DNA of 32,000 bases from an uncultured Phycisphaeraceae bacterium (GCA_964588585.1 CAZPPX010000009.1:119338-151337); one strand, 5' to 3'. Counted from the stretch's first letter, positions 15,416 to 22,659 are shown. Made by a program: numbers and translations. The notes: generated from the sequence alone by a model not told the origin.

Positions 15416-15421
15416 TAACCC

Positions 15422-15712
15422 ATGTCCATCAAGCCCCTCGAAGATCGCGTCCTTGTCAAGCCCATCGAAGCCGAGAGCAAGACCGCCTCGGGCATCTTCC
15501 TCCCCGAGTCGGCCAAGGAGAAGCCCGTCCGCGGCAAAGTCATCGCCGCCGGTCCGGGCAAACTGCTCGAAAACGGCAAGCGCGCCGAGATGAGCGTGAA
15601 GATCGGTTCCACGGTCGTCTACGGCAAGTACGCCGGCTCCGAAGTCGAACTCAAGGGTGAGAAGCACCTGATCATCAAGGAGAGCGAGCTCCTCGGCGTC
15701 ATTGAGGGCTGA
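15422..15712 (+). CDS. groES: co-chaperonin GroES
   Basis: MSIKPLEDRVLVKPIEAESKTASGIFLPESAKEKPVRGKVIAAGPG... is canonical Cpn10. Confidence 0.97.
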   Translation: MSIKPLEDRVLVKPIEAESKTASGIFLPESAKEKPVRGKVIAAGPGKLLENGKRAEMSVKIGSTVVYGKYAGSEVELKGEKHLIIKESELLGVIEG

Positions 15713-15759
15713 GGCATAGGCACTAGGCATCAGGCACTGGGCACTGGGCACTAGCAGAA
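15713..15759 (+). repeat. left arm: six tandem heptamers GCAYYRG
   Basis: GGCATAG GCACTAG GCATCAG GCACTGG GCACTGG GCACTAG cagaa, starting directly after the groES stop. Confidence 0.85.
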
Positions 15760-15763
15760 TGAT

Positions 15764-16138
15764 ATGAGTGACATTCACTCACATCGCGACTTGCTTGTCT
15801 GGCAGAAAGCCGTCGATCTCGCGCTTGAGATCTACGCAATCTGCCGCAGCCTACCCGAGTCTGAACGATTTGGGTTGATTGCCCAGTTGCGCCGCGCCGC
15901 CGTGTCCGTGGCCAGCAACATCGCTGAGGGTTATGGTCGTGGCAGCACGGCGGATTACATCCGCTTCCTGCGCGCGGCACGCGGTTCGCTCTACGAGATC
16001 GATACGCAGTTGCTCATCGCCTGTCGGCTCGAGTACGTGCAGCAGAGCGCGTATGAGGCCGTTCTCAAGCACGTCAATGAAGTCGGACGAATGCTCGCCG
16101 GCCTGATTCGCACGCTCGAACAAGGTTCGAAATCCTGA
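15764..16138 (+). CDS. four-helix-bundle protein (23S rRNA intervening-sequence protein family)
   Basis: HRDLLVWQKAVDLALEIY...LPESERFGLIAQLRRAAVSVASNIAEGYGRGSTADYIRFLRAARGSLYEIDTQLLIA matches the family signature. GC is visibly lower than in the neighbouring genes. Confidence 0.9.
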   Translation: MSDIHSHRDLLVWQKAVDLALEIYAICRSLPESERFGLIAQLRRAAVSVASNIAEGYGRGSTADYIRFLRAARGSLYEIDTQLLIACRLEYVQQSAYEAVLKHVNEVGRMLAGLIRTLEQGSKS

Positions 16139-16170
16139 CCACACCACCGCACGGGAATGGACGCCAGGCC

Positions 16171-16203
16171 TTCTGCTAGTGCCTAGTGCCCAGTGCCCAG
16201 TGC
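16171..16203 (+). repeat. right arm: inverted heptamer array
   Basis: ttctg CTAGTGC CTAGTGC CCAGTGC CCAGTGC is the reverse complement of the left arm with one extra unit. It ends 17 nt before the groEL2 ATG. Confidence 0.85.
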
Positions 16204-16220
16204 CTCTCCGAGGTATCCCC

Positions 16221-17834
16221 ATGTCTGCCAAACAACTCATGTTCAACGATGCCGCCCTCCTCGAAATGAAGAAGGGCGTGGCCCAACTGGCTCGCGCTGT
16301 CAAGGTCACCATGGGCCCTTCCGCCCGTCATGTGGCTATTCAGAAGTCCTACGGCGGGCCCTCCATCTCCAACGACGGCGTCTCGGTCTCGAAAGAGATC
16401 ACCCTCCCCGAGCCCTTTGAATCCATGGGCGCGAAGATGGTCACCGAGGTCGCCAAAAAGACCAACGACGAAGCCGGCGACGGCACCACCGCCGCCACCG
16501 TGCTCGCCGAGGCCATCTTCACCGAAGGCCTGCGCCACGTGGCCGCCGGGGCCAACCCCGTGCTGATCCAGCGCGGCATCAACGGCGCGGCCCAGGCCGC
16601 GGCCGAAGCCCTCGACGCCATGGCCGTGAAGTGCAAGGGCAAGGCCGATTACGTCAAGGTCGCCACGGTCTCCGCGTCGCACGACGCGAAGATCGGCGAA
16701 CTGATCGCCGAGGCAATCACTAAGGTCGGTGCCGAGGGCGTGGTCGAGGTCGAAGAGGGCAAGGCCGCCGAAACCACGCTCGAATACGTCGAGGGCATGG
16801 CGTTCGACAAGGGGTACATCAGCCCCTACTTCATGACCGACCCGAAGACCACCGAGTGCGTGCTCGAAGATTGCTACGTCCTGCTCTACGAGAAGAAGAT
16901 CGCCAACCTCGCGGACTTCCTCCCGTTCCTGAACAAGATCGCGACCACCGGCAAGCCCCTGCTGGTTGTTGCTGAGGAAGTCGAGAGCGAGGCGCTTGCC
17001 GCGCTCGTCGTGAACCGCCTCCGCGGCGTGCTCAAGATCTGCGCCGTGAAGGCCCCGGGCTTCGGCGATCGCCGCAAGGCCATCATGGGCGATGTGGCCG
17101 TGCTCACCGCCGGCACGTTCTTCAGCGAGGACCTGGGCCGCAGCCTCGAATCGATCGAACTGGGCGAACTCGGCCGTGCCAAGAAGGTCGTTATCAACAA
17201 GGACGAGACGACCATCATCGAGGGCGCAGGCAAGAAGGGCGACATCGAGGCCCGTGCCGCCCAGATCAAGGCCCAGCACGACAAGAGCACCAGCGACTAC
17301 GACCGCGAGAAGTTCAACGAGCGCCTTGCCAAACTCACCGGCGGCGTCGCCATCATCAACGTCGGCGGCCTCTCCGAAGTCGCCATGAAGGAGAAGAAGG
17401 ACGCCGTCGACGACGCCCTGAACTCCACCCGTCACGCGGCCAAGTCCGGCTACGTTCCCGGTGGCGGCGTGGCGCTCATCCGCACCCAGCCCGCGATCGA
17501 GAAGGCCATGGGCAAGGCCAGGGGCGACGAGAAACTGGGCTACGAGATCGTCTCCGCTGCGGTCGAGGCCTGCGCCAAGCAGATCGCCGTGAACGCCGGC
17601 CAGGATGGCGACATCGTGGTCGAAAAGATCAAGGAGGGCACCGGCGGTTTCGGCTACAACGCCCAGTCCCACGAGTACACCGACCTGGTGAAGGCCGGCA
17701 TCATCGACGCGGCCACGGTCCCCAGGACGGCCCTGCTCAACGCCGCCAGCGTCGCGGGCCTCATGCTGACCACCAGCGTGATGATCGCGGAACTGAAGGA
17801 TAAGGCCCAGCCGGTGACGGGCGCGGTGGCGTGA
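16221..17834 (+). CDS. groEL: chaperonin GroEL, paralog 2 (537 aa, no GGM tail)
   Basis: MSAKQLMFNDAALLEMKKGVAQLARAVKVTMGPSARHVAI...DGTTAATVLA... Ends ...AELKDKAQPVTGAVA. Confidence 0.97.
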   Translation: MSAKQLMFNDAALLEMKKGVAQLARAVKVTMGPSARHVAIQKSYGGPSISNDGVSVSKEITLPEPFESMGAKMVTEVAKKTNDEAGDGTTAATVLAEAIFTEGLRHVAAGANPVLIQRGINGAAQAAAEALDAMAVKCKGKADYVKVATVSASHDAKIGELIAEAITKVGAEGVVEVEEGKAAETTLEYVEGMAFDKGYISPYFMTDPKTTECVLEDCYVLLYEKKIANLADFLPFLNKIATTGKPLLVVAEEVESEALAALVVNRLRGVLKICAVKAPGFGDRRKAIMGDVAVLTAGTFFSEDLGRSLESIELGELGRAKKVVINKDETTIIEGAGKKGDIEARAAQIKAQHDKSTSDYDREKFNERLAKLTGGVAIINVGGLSEVAMKEKKDAVDDALNSTRHAAKSGYVPGGGVALIRTQPAIEKAMGKARGDEKLGYEIVSAAVEACAKQIAVNAGQDGDIVVEKIKEGTGGFGYNAQSHEYTDLVKAGIIDAATVPRTALLNAASVAGLMLTTSVMIAELKDKAQPVTGAVA

Positions 17835-17852
17835 GCCCTTCGAGAAGATTTA

Positions 17853-17904
17853 CCACCGAGACACCGAGACACCGAGACACCGAGACACCGAGGGAGCACC
17901 GAGG
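17853..17904 (+). repeat. left arm: tandem octamers CACCGAGA
   Basis: c CACCGAGA x4, CACCGAGG, gag, CACCGAGG, starting 19 nt after the groEL2 stop. Confidence 0.9.
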
Positions 17905-17954
17905 TGTAAGAGAGTTGTTATACAGGCTGTTGGGATTGCTCCTGCCAGCCTGCT

Positions 17955-18362
17955 TTGAGGACCGCAGCACCCATTTTGGCGGCCAATGTTGAGGGCCACG
18001 ACCCGCTGACCGAATCAATCATCGGCGCGGCGATCGATGTGCATCGCGCGCTGGGGCCGGGGTTGCTTGAATCGGCGTACGAGGAATGTCTCGCGATCTC
18101 CATGCGTACGCGCGGATTGGACGTGGCGCGGCAGGTCGAACTGCCGATCGAGTTCATGGGGCACACGATCAAGCCCGCTTACCGCCTTGACATGTTGGTG
18201 AACCAGCAAGTCGTGATGGAGATCAAGGCCGTGGAGGCGCTCCAGCCGATCCACGAGGTTCAACTGCTTACCTACCTGCGACTCTCCTGCAAGCGTATCG
18301 GCCTCCTTATCAACTTCTGTGTTCCGATCCTCAAAGACGGCATCCGCCGACGTGTCGTTTAG
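17955..18362 (+). CDS. GxxExxY family protein (PD-(D/E)XK nuclease-like fold)
   Basis: ESIIGAAIDVHRALGPGLLESAYEECLAISM...YRLDMLVNQQVVMEIKAV...QLLTYLRLSCKRIGLLINF carries the GxxExxY motif as GLLESAY. There is no ATG; the start is TTG at 17955 or 17976. Confidence 0.85.
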   Translation: MRTAAPILAANVEGHDPLTESIIGAAIDVHRALGPGLLESAYEECLAISMRTRGLDVARQVELPIEFMGHTIKPAYRLDMLVNQQVVMEIKAVEALQPIHEVQLLTYLRLSCKRIGLLINFCVPILKDGIRRRVV

Positions 18363-18397
18363 GCCTGTGTGTCCGGCCTTTTGTTCTCCCTCTCTCT

Positions 18398-18433
18398 TCT
18401 CGGTGCTCCCTCGGTGTCTCGGTGTCTCGGTGG
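18398..18433 (+). repeat. right arm: inverted octamer array
   Basis: 18399-18432 is the perfect reverse complement of 17870-17903 (34 nt). It ends 20 nt before the dnaJ ATG. Confidence 0.9.
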
Positions 18434-18453
18434 TTCTGCCTTGGTGAAGTCTT

Positions 18454-19605
18454 ATGCCCTCAACCCGCGACTACTACGAAATCCTGGGCGTCGACAAGAA
18501 AGCCGACGCGGAGGAGATCAAGCGCGCCTATCGCCGGGCCGCGATGAAGCACCATCCCGACCGCAACCCGGGCGACGCGGAGGCCGAGCGGGCGTTCAAA
18601 GAAGCCGCTGAGGCGTACGAAGTCCTCGCCGACGAGCAGAAGCGCAAGGTCTACGACCAGTACGGGCGCGAGGGCCTGAAGTCCGCCGCCGCCGGGCCCG
18701 CGGCGCACGACTTCTCGCGCATGAACGTCGAAGACATCTTCTCGATCTTCGGCGACATCTTCGGCAATGGTGCAGGTGGCGGTCAGCGCCGCGGCGGCCA
18801 TCGCGGCCCGCCCCGCGGGTACGACCTCGAAACCGAAGTGGCCATTACGCTCGAAGAAGTGCTCAGCGGCTGCGAGCGCGAGGTGGAGTTCACGCGGCTC
18901 GATGTCTGCGAAAAATGCACCGGCTCGGGCGCGAAGGAAGGCTCCAAGCCCGTCTCGTGCCCGCACTGCGGCGGCCAGGGCAAGGTGCAACAGACCGGCC
19001 TCGGTGGCATGTTCCGCATGGTCACCGCCTGCCCCGCCTGCCGCGGACGCGGGAAGGTCATCAAGGAGTTCTGCTCCGCCTGCCGTGGCAAAGGCCGCGT
19101 CGCCAAGCAGCGCACGATTGCCGTGCGCATCCCGCCGGGTATCCACGATGGCCAACCGATCCGGGTGAAGGGCGAGGGCGAGCCGCCGGTGCCCGAGGAA
19201 TCGCCCGCGGGCGAGGGCATCCGGGGCGACCTGCACGTCGTGGTGCGCGTGCGCGAGCACAACCATTTTCAGCGCGAGCAGGATCACTTGCTGCTCGAAG
19301 TACCCGTGTCGTTCGCAAAAGCCGCGCTGGGTGGAGAGATCGATATCCCCACGCTCGAAGGCGGCCGGGAAAAACTCGCCGTGCCCCGCGGCACCCAGCA
19401 CGGCACCATCCTCCGCATCCCCGCCAAGGGCCTGCCCGACCTTCGCACGCAACGCCGCGGTGACCTGGTGATCGGCGTAAAGATCGAGATTCCCACCAGC
19501 CTGTCGAAAGAGCAGGAAAAACTCCTCCGCGAGTTCGCCGCGGGCGAGAACGAATCAGTGATGCCCGAGAGCCAAGGGTTTTGGAAAAAGGTCTTCGGCG
19601 GCTGA
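18454..19605 (+). CDS. dnaJ: molecular chaperone DnaJ (type I, with Zn-finger domain)
   Basis: J-domain DYYEILGV...HHPDRNPGD, a G/F region, and four CxxCxGxG repeats ([32 protein letters not shown]). Confidence 0.95.
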   Translation: MPSTRDYYEILGVDKKADAEEIKRAYRRAAMKHHPDRNPGDAEAERAFKEAAEAYEVLADEQKRKVYDQYGREGLKSAAAGPAAHDFSRMNVEDIFSIFGDIFGNGAGGGQRRGGHRGPPRGYDLETEVAITLEEVLSGCEREVEFTRLDVCEKCTGSGAKEGSKPVSCPHCGGQGKVQQTGLGGMFRMVTACPACRGRGKVIKEFCSACRGKGRVAKQRTIAVRIPPGIHDGQPIRVKGEGEPPVPEESPAGEGIRGDLHVVVRVREHNHFQREQDHLLLEVPVSFAKAALGGEIDIPTLEGGREKLAVPRGTQHGTILRIPAKGLPDLRTQRRGDLVIGVKIEIPTSLSKEQEKLLREFAAGENESVMPESQGFWKKVFGG

Positions 19606-19617
19606 GCAACGCGTGCC

Positions 19618-19792
19618 TCCACCACCCTCCCCCGCTCCCAGCGGGGGAGGCGGCATTTGGGGGGCGAGGCTTTGCGAGTGACGGAGGGGGGATTGGGTGA
19701 CGGCAGATGATCGCGACGCACATGCATCCAACGAGAGCCCCCTCCGCCTCACTCCGCTCGGCACCTCCCCCGCTGGGAGCGGGGGAGGGTGG
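19618..19792. repeat. composite inverted pair of REP-like hairpins (CCACCCTCCCCCGCT family), MITE-like
   Basis: CCTCCCCCGCT-ccc-AGCGGGGGAGG (19626-19650) and CCTCCCCCGCT-ggg-AGCGGGGGAGG (19764-19788) are mutually inverted. Further imperfect complementarity links GAGTGACGGAGGGGG (19676-19690) with CCCCCTCCGCCTCACTC (19738-19754). Confidence 0.6.
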
Positions 19793-19861
19793 TAAGACGA
19801 AACCGACAGCCTTCCACTCCTATGGTGAATTGAAACGATCGAAACTTCCCGAGCAGCAACC

Positions 19862-20464
19862 ATGGATTTCTTCAAACCCAAGCCCAAGCCAGAGCAGCCC
19901 GCCGCCAGCGAACCCGCCGCACCCGCCGCGTCCGCCGAACACGCCGAAACCGCAGACGCTTCCCGCACGGTCGACGAAACCGCGGCGGAGTTTGAGCGGC
20001 TGGACGCCGAGATCGTCAAACTGCGCGCTGAGCGCGATGAAGCCATCGACGCGCACAAGCGCGCCCTCGCCGATTTCCAGAACTACCAGCGCCGCGCCCA
20101 CCAGAACGAGCGCGACGCACGCGAACAGGCCGTCCGTGGCGTGCTGAGCAACATCCTCTCTGTGGTTGACCACTTCGACATGGCCTTGGGCCAGGACCCG
20201 ACCAAGACCACCGCCGCGGCGATCATCAGTGGCGTGACCATGATCAAGGAAGAACTCCTCGGCGCCCTCACGCAGCACGGCGTCGGACTCATCCGCCCCC
20301 AACCCGGCGACACCTTCGACGCCACGCGCCACGAAGCCGTCTTCCAGCAACCCGCCGAGGGCATCGCCCCCGGCCATGTCTCCGCCCTCATGCGCATCGG
20401 CTACACGGTCAATGAACGCGTCGTCCGCCCCGCCCAAGTCGCCGTCGCCCCCGCCGCAGATTGA
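19862..20464 (+). CDS. grpE: nucleotide exchange factor GrpE
   Basis: ALADFQNYQRRAHQNERDAREQAV...VVDHFDMAL...GYTVNERVVRPAQV. Confidence 0.93.
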   Translation: MDFFKPKPKPEQPAASEPAAPAASAEHAETADASRTVDETAAEFERLDAEIVKLRAERDEAIDAHKRALADFQNYQRRAHQNERDAREQAVRGVLSNILSVVDHFDMALGQDPTKTTAAAIISGVTMIKEELLGALTQHGVGLIRPQPGDTFDATRHEAVFQQPAEGIAPGHVSALMRIGYTVNERVVRPAQVAVAPAAD

Positions 20465-20473
20465 ATCCGTCTT

Positions 20474-20503
20474 CATTTGGCCATTTGGCCATTTGGCCAT
20501 TTG
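20474..20503 (+). repeat. 3.75 tandem octamers CATTTGGC abutting a start codon
   Basis: CATTTGGC CATTTGGC CATTTGGC CATTTG, then aac and the ATG. Confidence 0.85.
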
Positions 20504-20506
20504 AAC

Positions 20507-20866
20507 ATGCCCACCTACGAATACAAGTGCAAAGCCTGTGATCACCGGTTCGAGCAGTTCCAGTCGATGACCGCCGCGCCGATCAAGGTCTGTCCGGAGT
20601 GCAAGAAACGTAAGGTTGAAAGGCTCATCGGCACCGGTGCCGCGCTGCTGTTCAAGGGTTCGGGTTTCTACACCACCGACTATCGCTCCGACGGCTACAA
20701 AAAGAAGGCCGAGGCCGACAAGCCCGCTTCCGACGCCAAGCCATCGACCGATTCCAAGCCCGCAGCGCCTGAGGCGAAACCCGCAGCACCCGTCGAAACC
20801 AAACCGGCACCGAAGCCCGAGACGACAGATCGCTCAAAGTCGGACAAGAGCCCGAAAAAACGCTAA
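20507..20866 (+). CDS. FmdB-family zinc-ribbon protein with a Lys/Pro/Ala-rich tail
   Basis: MPTYEYKCKACDHRFEQFQSM...VCPECKKRKVERLI has the CxxC...CxxC signature. The tail contains KKKAEADKPASDAKPSTDSKPAAPEAKP... Confidence 0.85.
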   Translation: MPTYEYKCKACDHRFEQFQSMTAAPIKVCPECKKRKVERLIGTGAALLFKGSGFYTTDYRSDGYKKKAEADKPASDAKPSTDSKPAAPEAKPAAPVETKPAPKPETTDRSKSDKSPKKR

Positions 20867-20885
20867 CCATGCACGCGGGCATAAA

Positions 20886-20920
20886 CCACCCTCCCCCGCT
20901 CCCAGAGCGGGGGAGGGTGG
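20886..20920 (+). terminator. REP-like hairpin, copy 3
   Basis: CCACCCTCCCCCGCT-cccag-AGCGGGGGAGGGTGG forms a 15-bp stem, 20 nt after the stop at 20866. No U-tract. Confidence 0.55.
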
Positions 20921-20964
20921 TGTTGAGAGTCAGCGCACGCGAACACCTCACCCTAAACTCCACC

Positions 20965-22236
20965 ATGACCGCCATCTCGCCCACACTTCACCAACCCGCC
21001 CCATCCCCCGGCGCTGTCGAGCCCAAGGCGATCACCGTCGAGGGCGTGCGTTCCGCGCGGCTGGCCGGCCTGCCGCCCTTCCTCTTCAACGCCATCGACG
21101 ACAAGAAACGCGCCGCCATCGCGGCTGGTAAAGACGTCATCAACCTGGGCGTGGGCGACCCTGACCAGCCGACACCCGTTTTCATCATCGAAGCGATGGA
21201 CCGCGAAACCCGCGTTCCCGTTAACCACCAATATCCCGACTGCTACGGCACCAAGCGATTCCTCGAAGCCGCCGCTTCGTTCATGCAGCGCCGCTTCGGC
21301 GTGAAAGTCGATCCTCGCCGCCACGTCGTCGCGCTCATGGGCAGCAAAGACGGCATCGGTCACCTGCCCCTGGGCGTGGTCAACCCGGGTCAAAGTGTCA
21401 CCGTCTTCACGCCCGCCTACCCGGTGTATGCCGCGGGGGCCGTGATGGCCGGCGCACATGTCGAGCGCGTGGAAACGCGGCCCGAGGATCACTGGCTCCC
21501 ACGCTTCGATCGCCTCTCGCCCACCGCCGCGTCCAGCCGGTTGATGTGGCTGAACTTCCCGGGCAACCCGACGGGTGCCGCGGGCAGCGTGGCCCTGCTC
21601 GATGAAGCCGTGCGGTTCGCGGCGGGTCGGAACATGGTGCTCGCCAGCGACCTTGCCTACAGCGAGTTGTATCTTGATGGTGACGCCAACTCCTGCCCCA
21701 GCCTGTGGCAGGCCCCATCCGCGAACATCGAGCGGACCTGCGCCATCGAGTTCCATTCGCTCAGCAAGACCTTCAACATGACCGGCTGGCGCATCGCCTT
21801 TGCGGTGGGGCACGAGGCGGTGATCGGCGCGCTCAAGCAGACCAAGGACAACTACGACAGCGGGCCCTTCAACGCCGTGCAGAACGCCGGCGCGGTGGCG
21901 CTTGACCGCTTCGAAGACCCCGCGATCGAATCGATGCGTCAGGCGTATCGCCAGCGCCGCGAGATCGTGGTGGCGGGCCTTCGCGCCATCGGGTGCGAGG
22001 TCGAGCCGCCCCGTGCGGGGATTTTCGTCTGGGCCCGCTGCCCGATCGACAAGAACACCGGCCACGCGATGGATTCCTGGGCCTTTGCCGGCCGCCTGAT
22101 CGAAGAACTGGGCGTGGTCACCGTGCCCGGCGCGGGCTTTGCCGATGCGGCCCGCGGCTGGGTCCGCGTGTCGCTCACGCGCGAGACCCATCGCATCGAG
22201 GAAGCCATGCGCCGTTTGGCCGGGATGAAGTGGTAA
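20965..22236 (+). CDS. dapL: class I/II PLP aminotransferase, LL-diaminopimelate aminotransferase (DapL)-like
   Basis: LPPFLFNAIDDKKRAAIAAGKDVINLGVGDPDQPTP, NHQYPDCYGTKRF, GSKDGIGH, and the PLP-Lys motif SLSKTFNMTGWRIAF. Start set at ATG 20965, because the upstream 32 codons only translate the REP hairpin. Confidence 0.85.
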   Translation: MTAISPTLHQPAPSPGAVEPKAITVEGVRSARLAGLPPFLFNAIDDKKRAAIAAGKDVINLGVGDPDQPTPVFIIEAMDRETRVPVNHQYPDCYGTKRFLEAAASFMQRRFGVKVDPRRHVVALMGSKDGIGHLPLGVVNPGQSVTVFTPAYPVYAAGAVMAGAHVERVETRPEDHWLPRFDRLSPTAASSRLMWLNFPGNPTGAAGSVALLDEAVRFAAGRNMVLASDLAYSELYLDGDANSCPSLWQAPSANIERTCAIEFHSLSKTFNMTGWRIAFAVGHEAVIGALKQTKDNYDSGPFNAVQNAGAVALDRFEDPAIESMRQAYRQRREIVVAGLRAIGCEVEPPRAGIFVWARCPIDKNTGHAMDSWAFAGRLIEELGVVTVPGAGFADAARGWVRVSLTRETHRIEEAMRRLAGMKW

Positions 22237-22251
22237 CGCGAGCGGCACACC

Positions 22252-22650
22252 ATGTCCAACGCCTCCACCGCCATCGCGACCGATCAGAAGCAACTCGCCT
22301 TGCGCATCCTCACGATGCCCAAGGACACCAACCACTACGGCACCATCTTCGGCGGCGTCATCCTCAGCGTCATCGACCAGGCCGGGTTCGTCCAGGCCCG
22401 CCGCCACGGCCAGCACCGCTGGGTCACCGTGTCGATGGACAAGGTCGAGTTCAAGCAGCCTGTGCATCTGGGCGACATCGTCTCGTGCTACGCGCGAACG
22501 ATTCGCGAAGGCCGCACGAGCGTGACGATCGAGGTCGAGGTGGAAGCGGAGCGCAACGCCGGGGGCGAGGTGGTATCCGTGACGCGCGCCACACTGGTGA
22601 TGGTGGCGGTGGATTCGCAAGGCCGCGCGGTGCCGTTCCGAGGTGCGTGA
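22252..22650 (+). CDS. acyl-CoA thioesterase (hotdog fold, YciA-like)
   Basis: MPKDTNHYGTIFGGVILSVIDQAG...VSMDKVEFKQPVHLGDIV...GRTSVTIEVEV. Confidence 0.85.
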   Translation: MSNASTAIATDQKQLALRILTMPKDTNHYGTIFGGVILSVIDQAGFVQARRHGQHRWVTVSMDKVEFKQPVHLGDIVSCYARTIREGRTSVTIEVEVEAERNAGGEVVSVTRATLVMVAVDSQGRAVPFRGA

Positions 22651-22659
22651 GGCCTTGGC

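Noticed and set aside
15713-15759. GCACT-containing heptamers as a degenerate CIRCE (HrcA) operator
   Set aside because: CIRCE is TTAGCACTC-N9-GAGTGCTAA. Neither half-site nor the 9-nt spacing is present here, and the inverted partner is about 420 nt away.
16124-16135. GGTTCGAAATCC, resembling a tRNA T-arm
   Set aside because: It lies inside the four-helix-bundle coding sequence (EQGSKS), carries one extra A relative to the T-loop consensus, and no acceptor or anticodon arms can be drawn around it.
15713-18433. Possibility that the tandem 7-8-mer arrays are CRISPR repeats
   Set aside because: The units are only 7-8 nt, directly abut one another without spacers, and occur as inverted pairs around ORFs. 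This is not CRISPR architecture, and no cas genes are present.
19826-19861. TTGAAA...CCCGAGCA upstream of grpE as a sigma-32-type promoter
   Set aside because: There is only a partial match to CTTGAAA/CCCCATnT. It would also leave fewer than 10 nt of leader before the ATG, which is too weak to call.
20869-20964. Upstream ATG extension of the aminotransferase (MHAGINHPPPLPERGRVV...)
   Set aside because: These codons simply translate the REP-like hairpin at 20886-20920. Homology starts after the ATG at 20965.
20953-22620. 555-aa minus-strand ORF (with similar ones at 29908-31644 plus and 24114-25136 minus)
   Set aside because: These are antisense or off-frame shadows of the aminotransferase/thioesterase, ccsB and dehydrogenase genes. 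They have no motifs and are Gly/Arg/Ala/Asp-rich.
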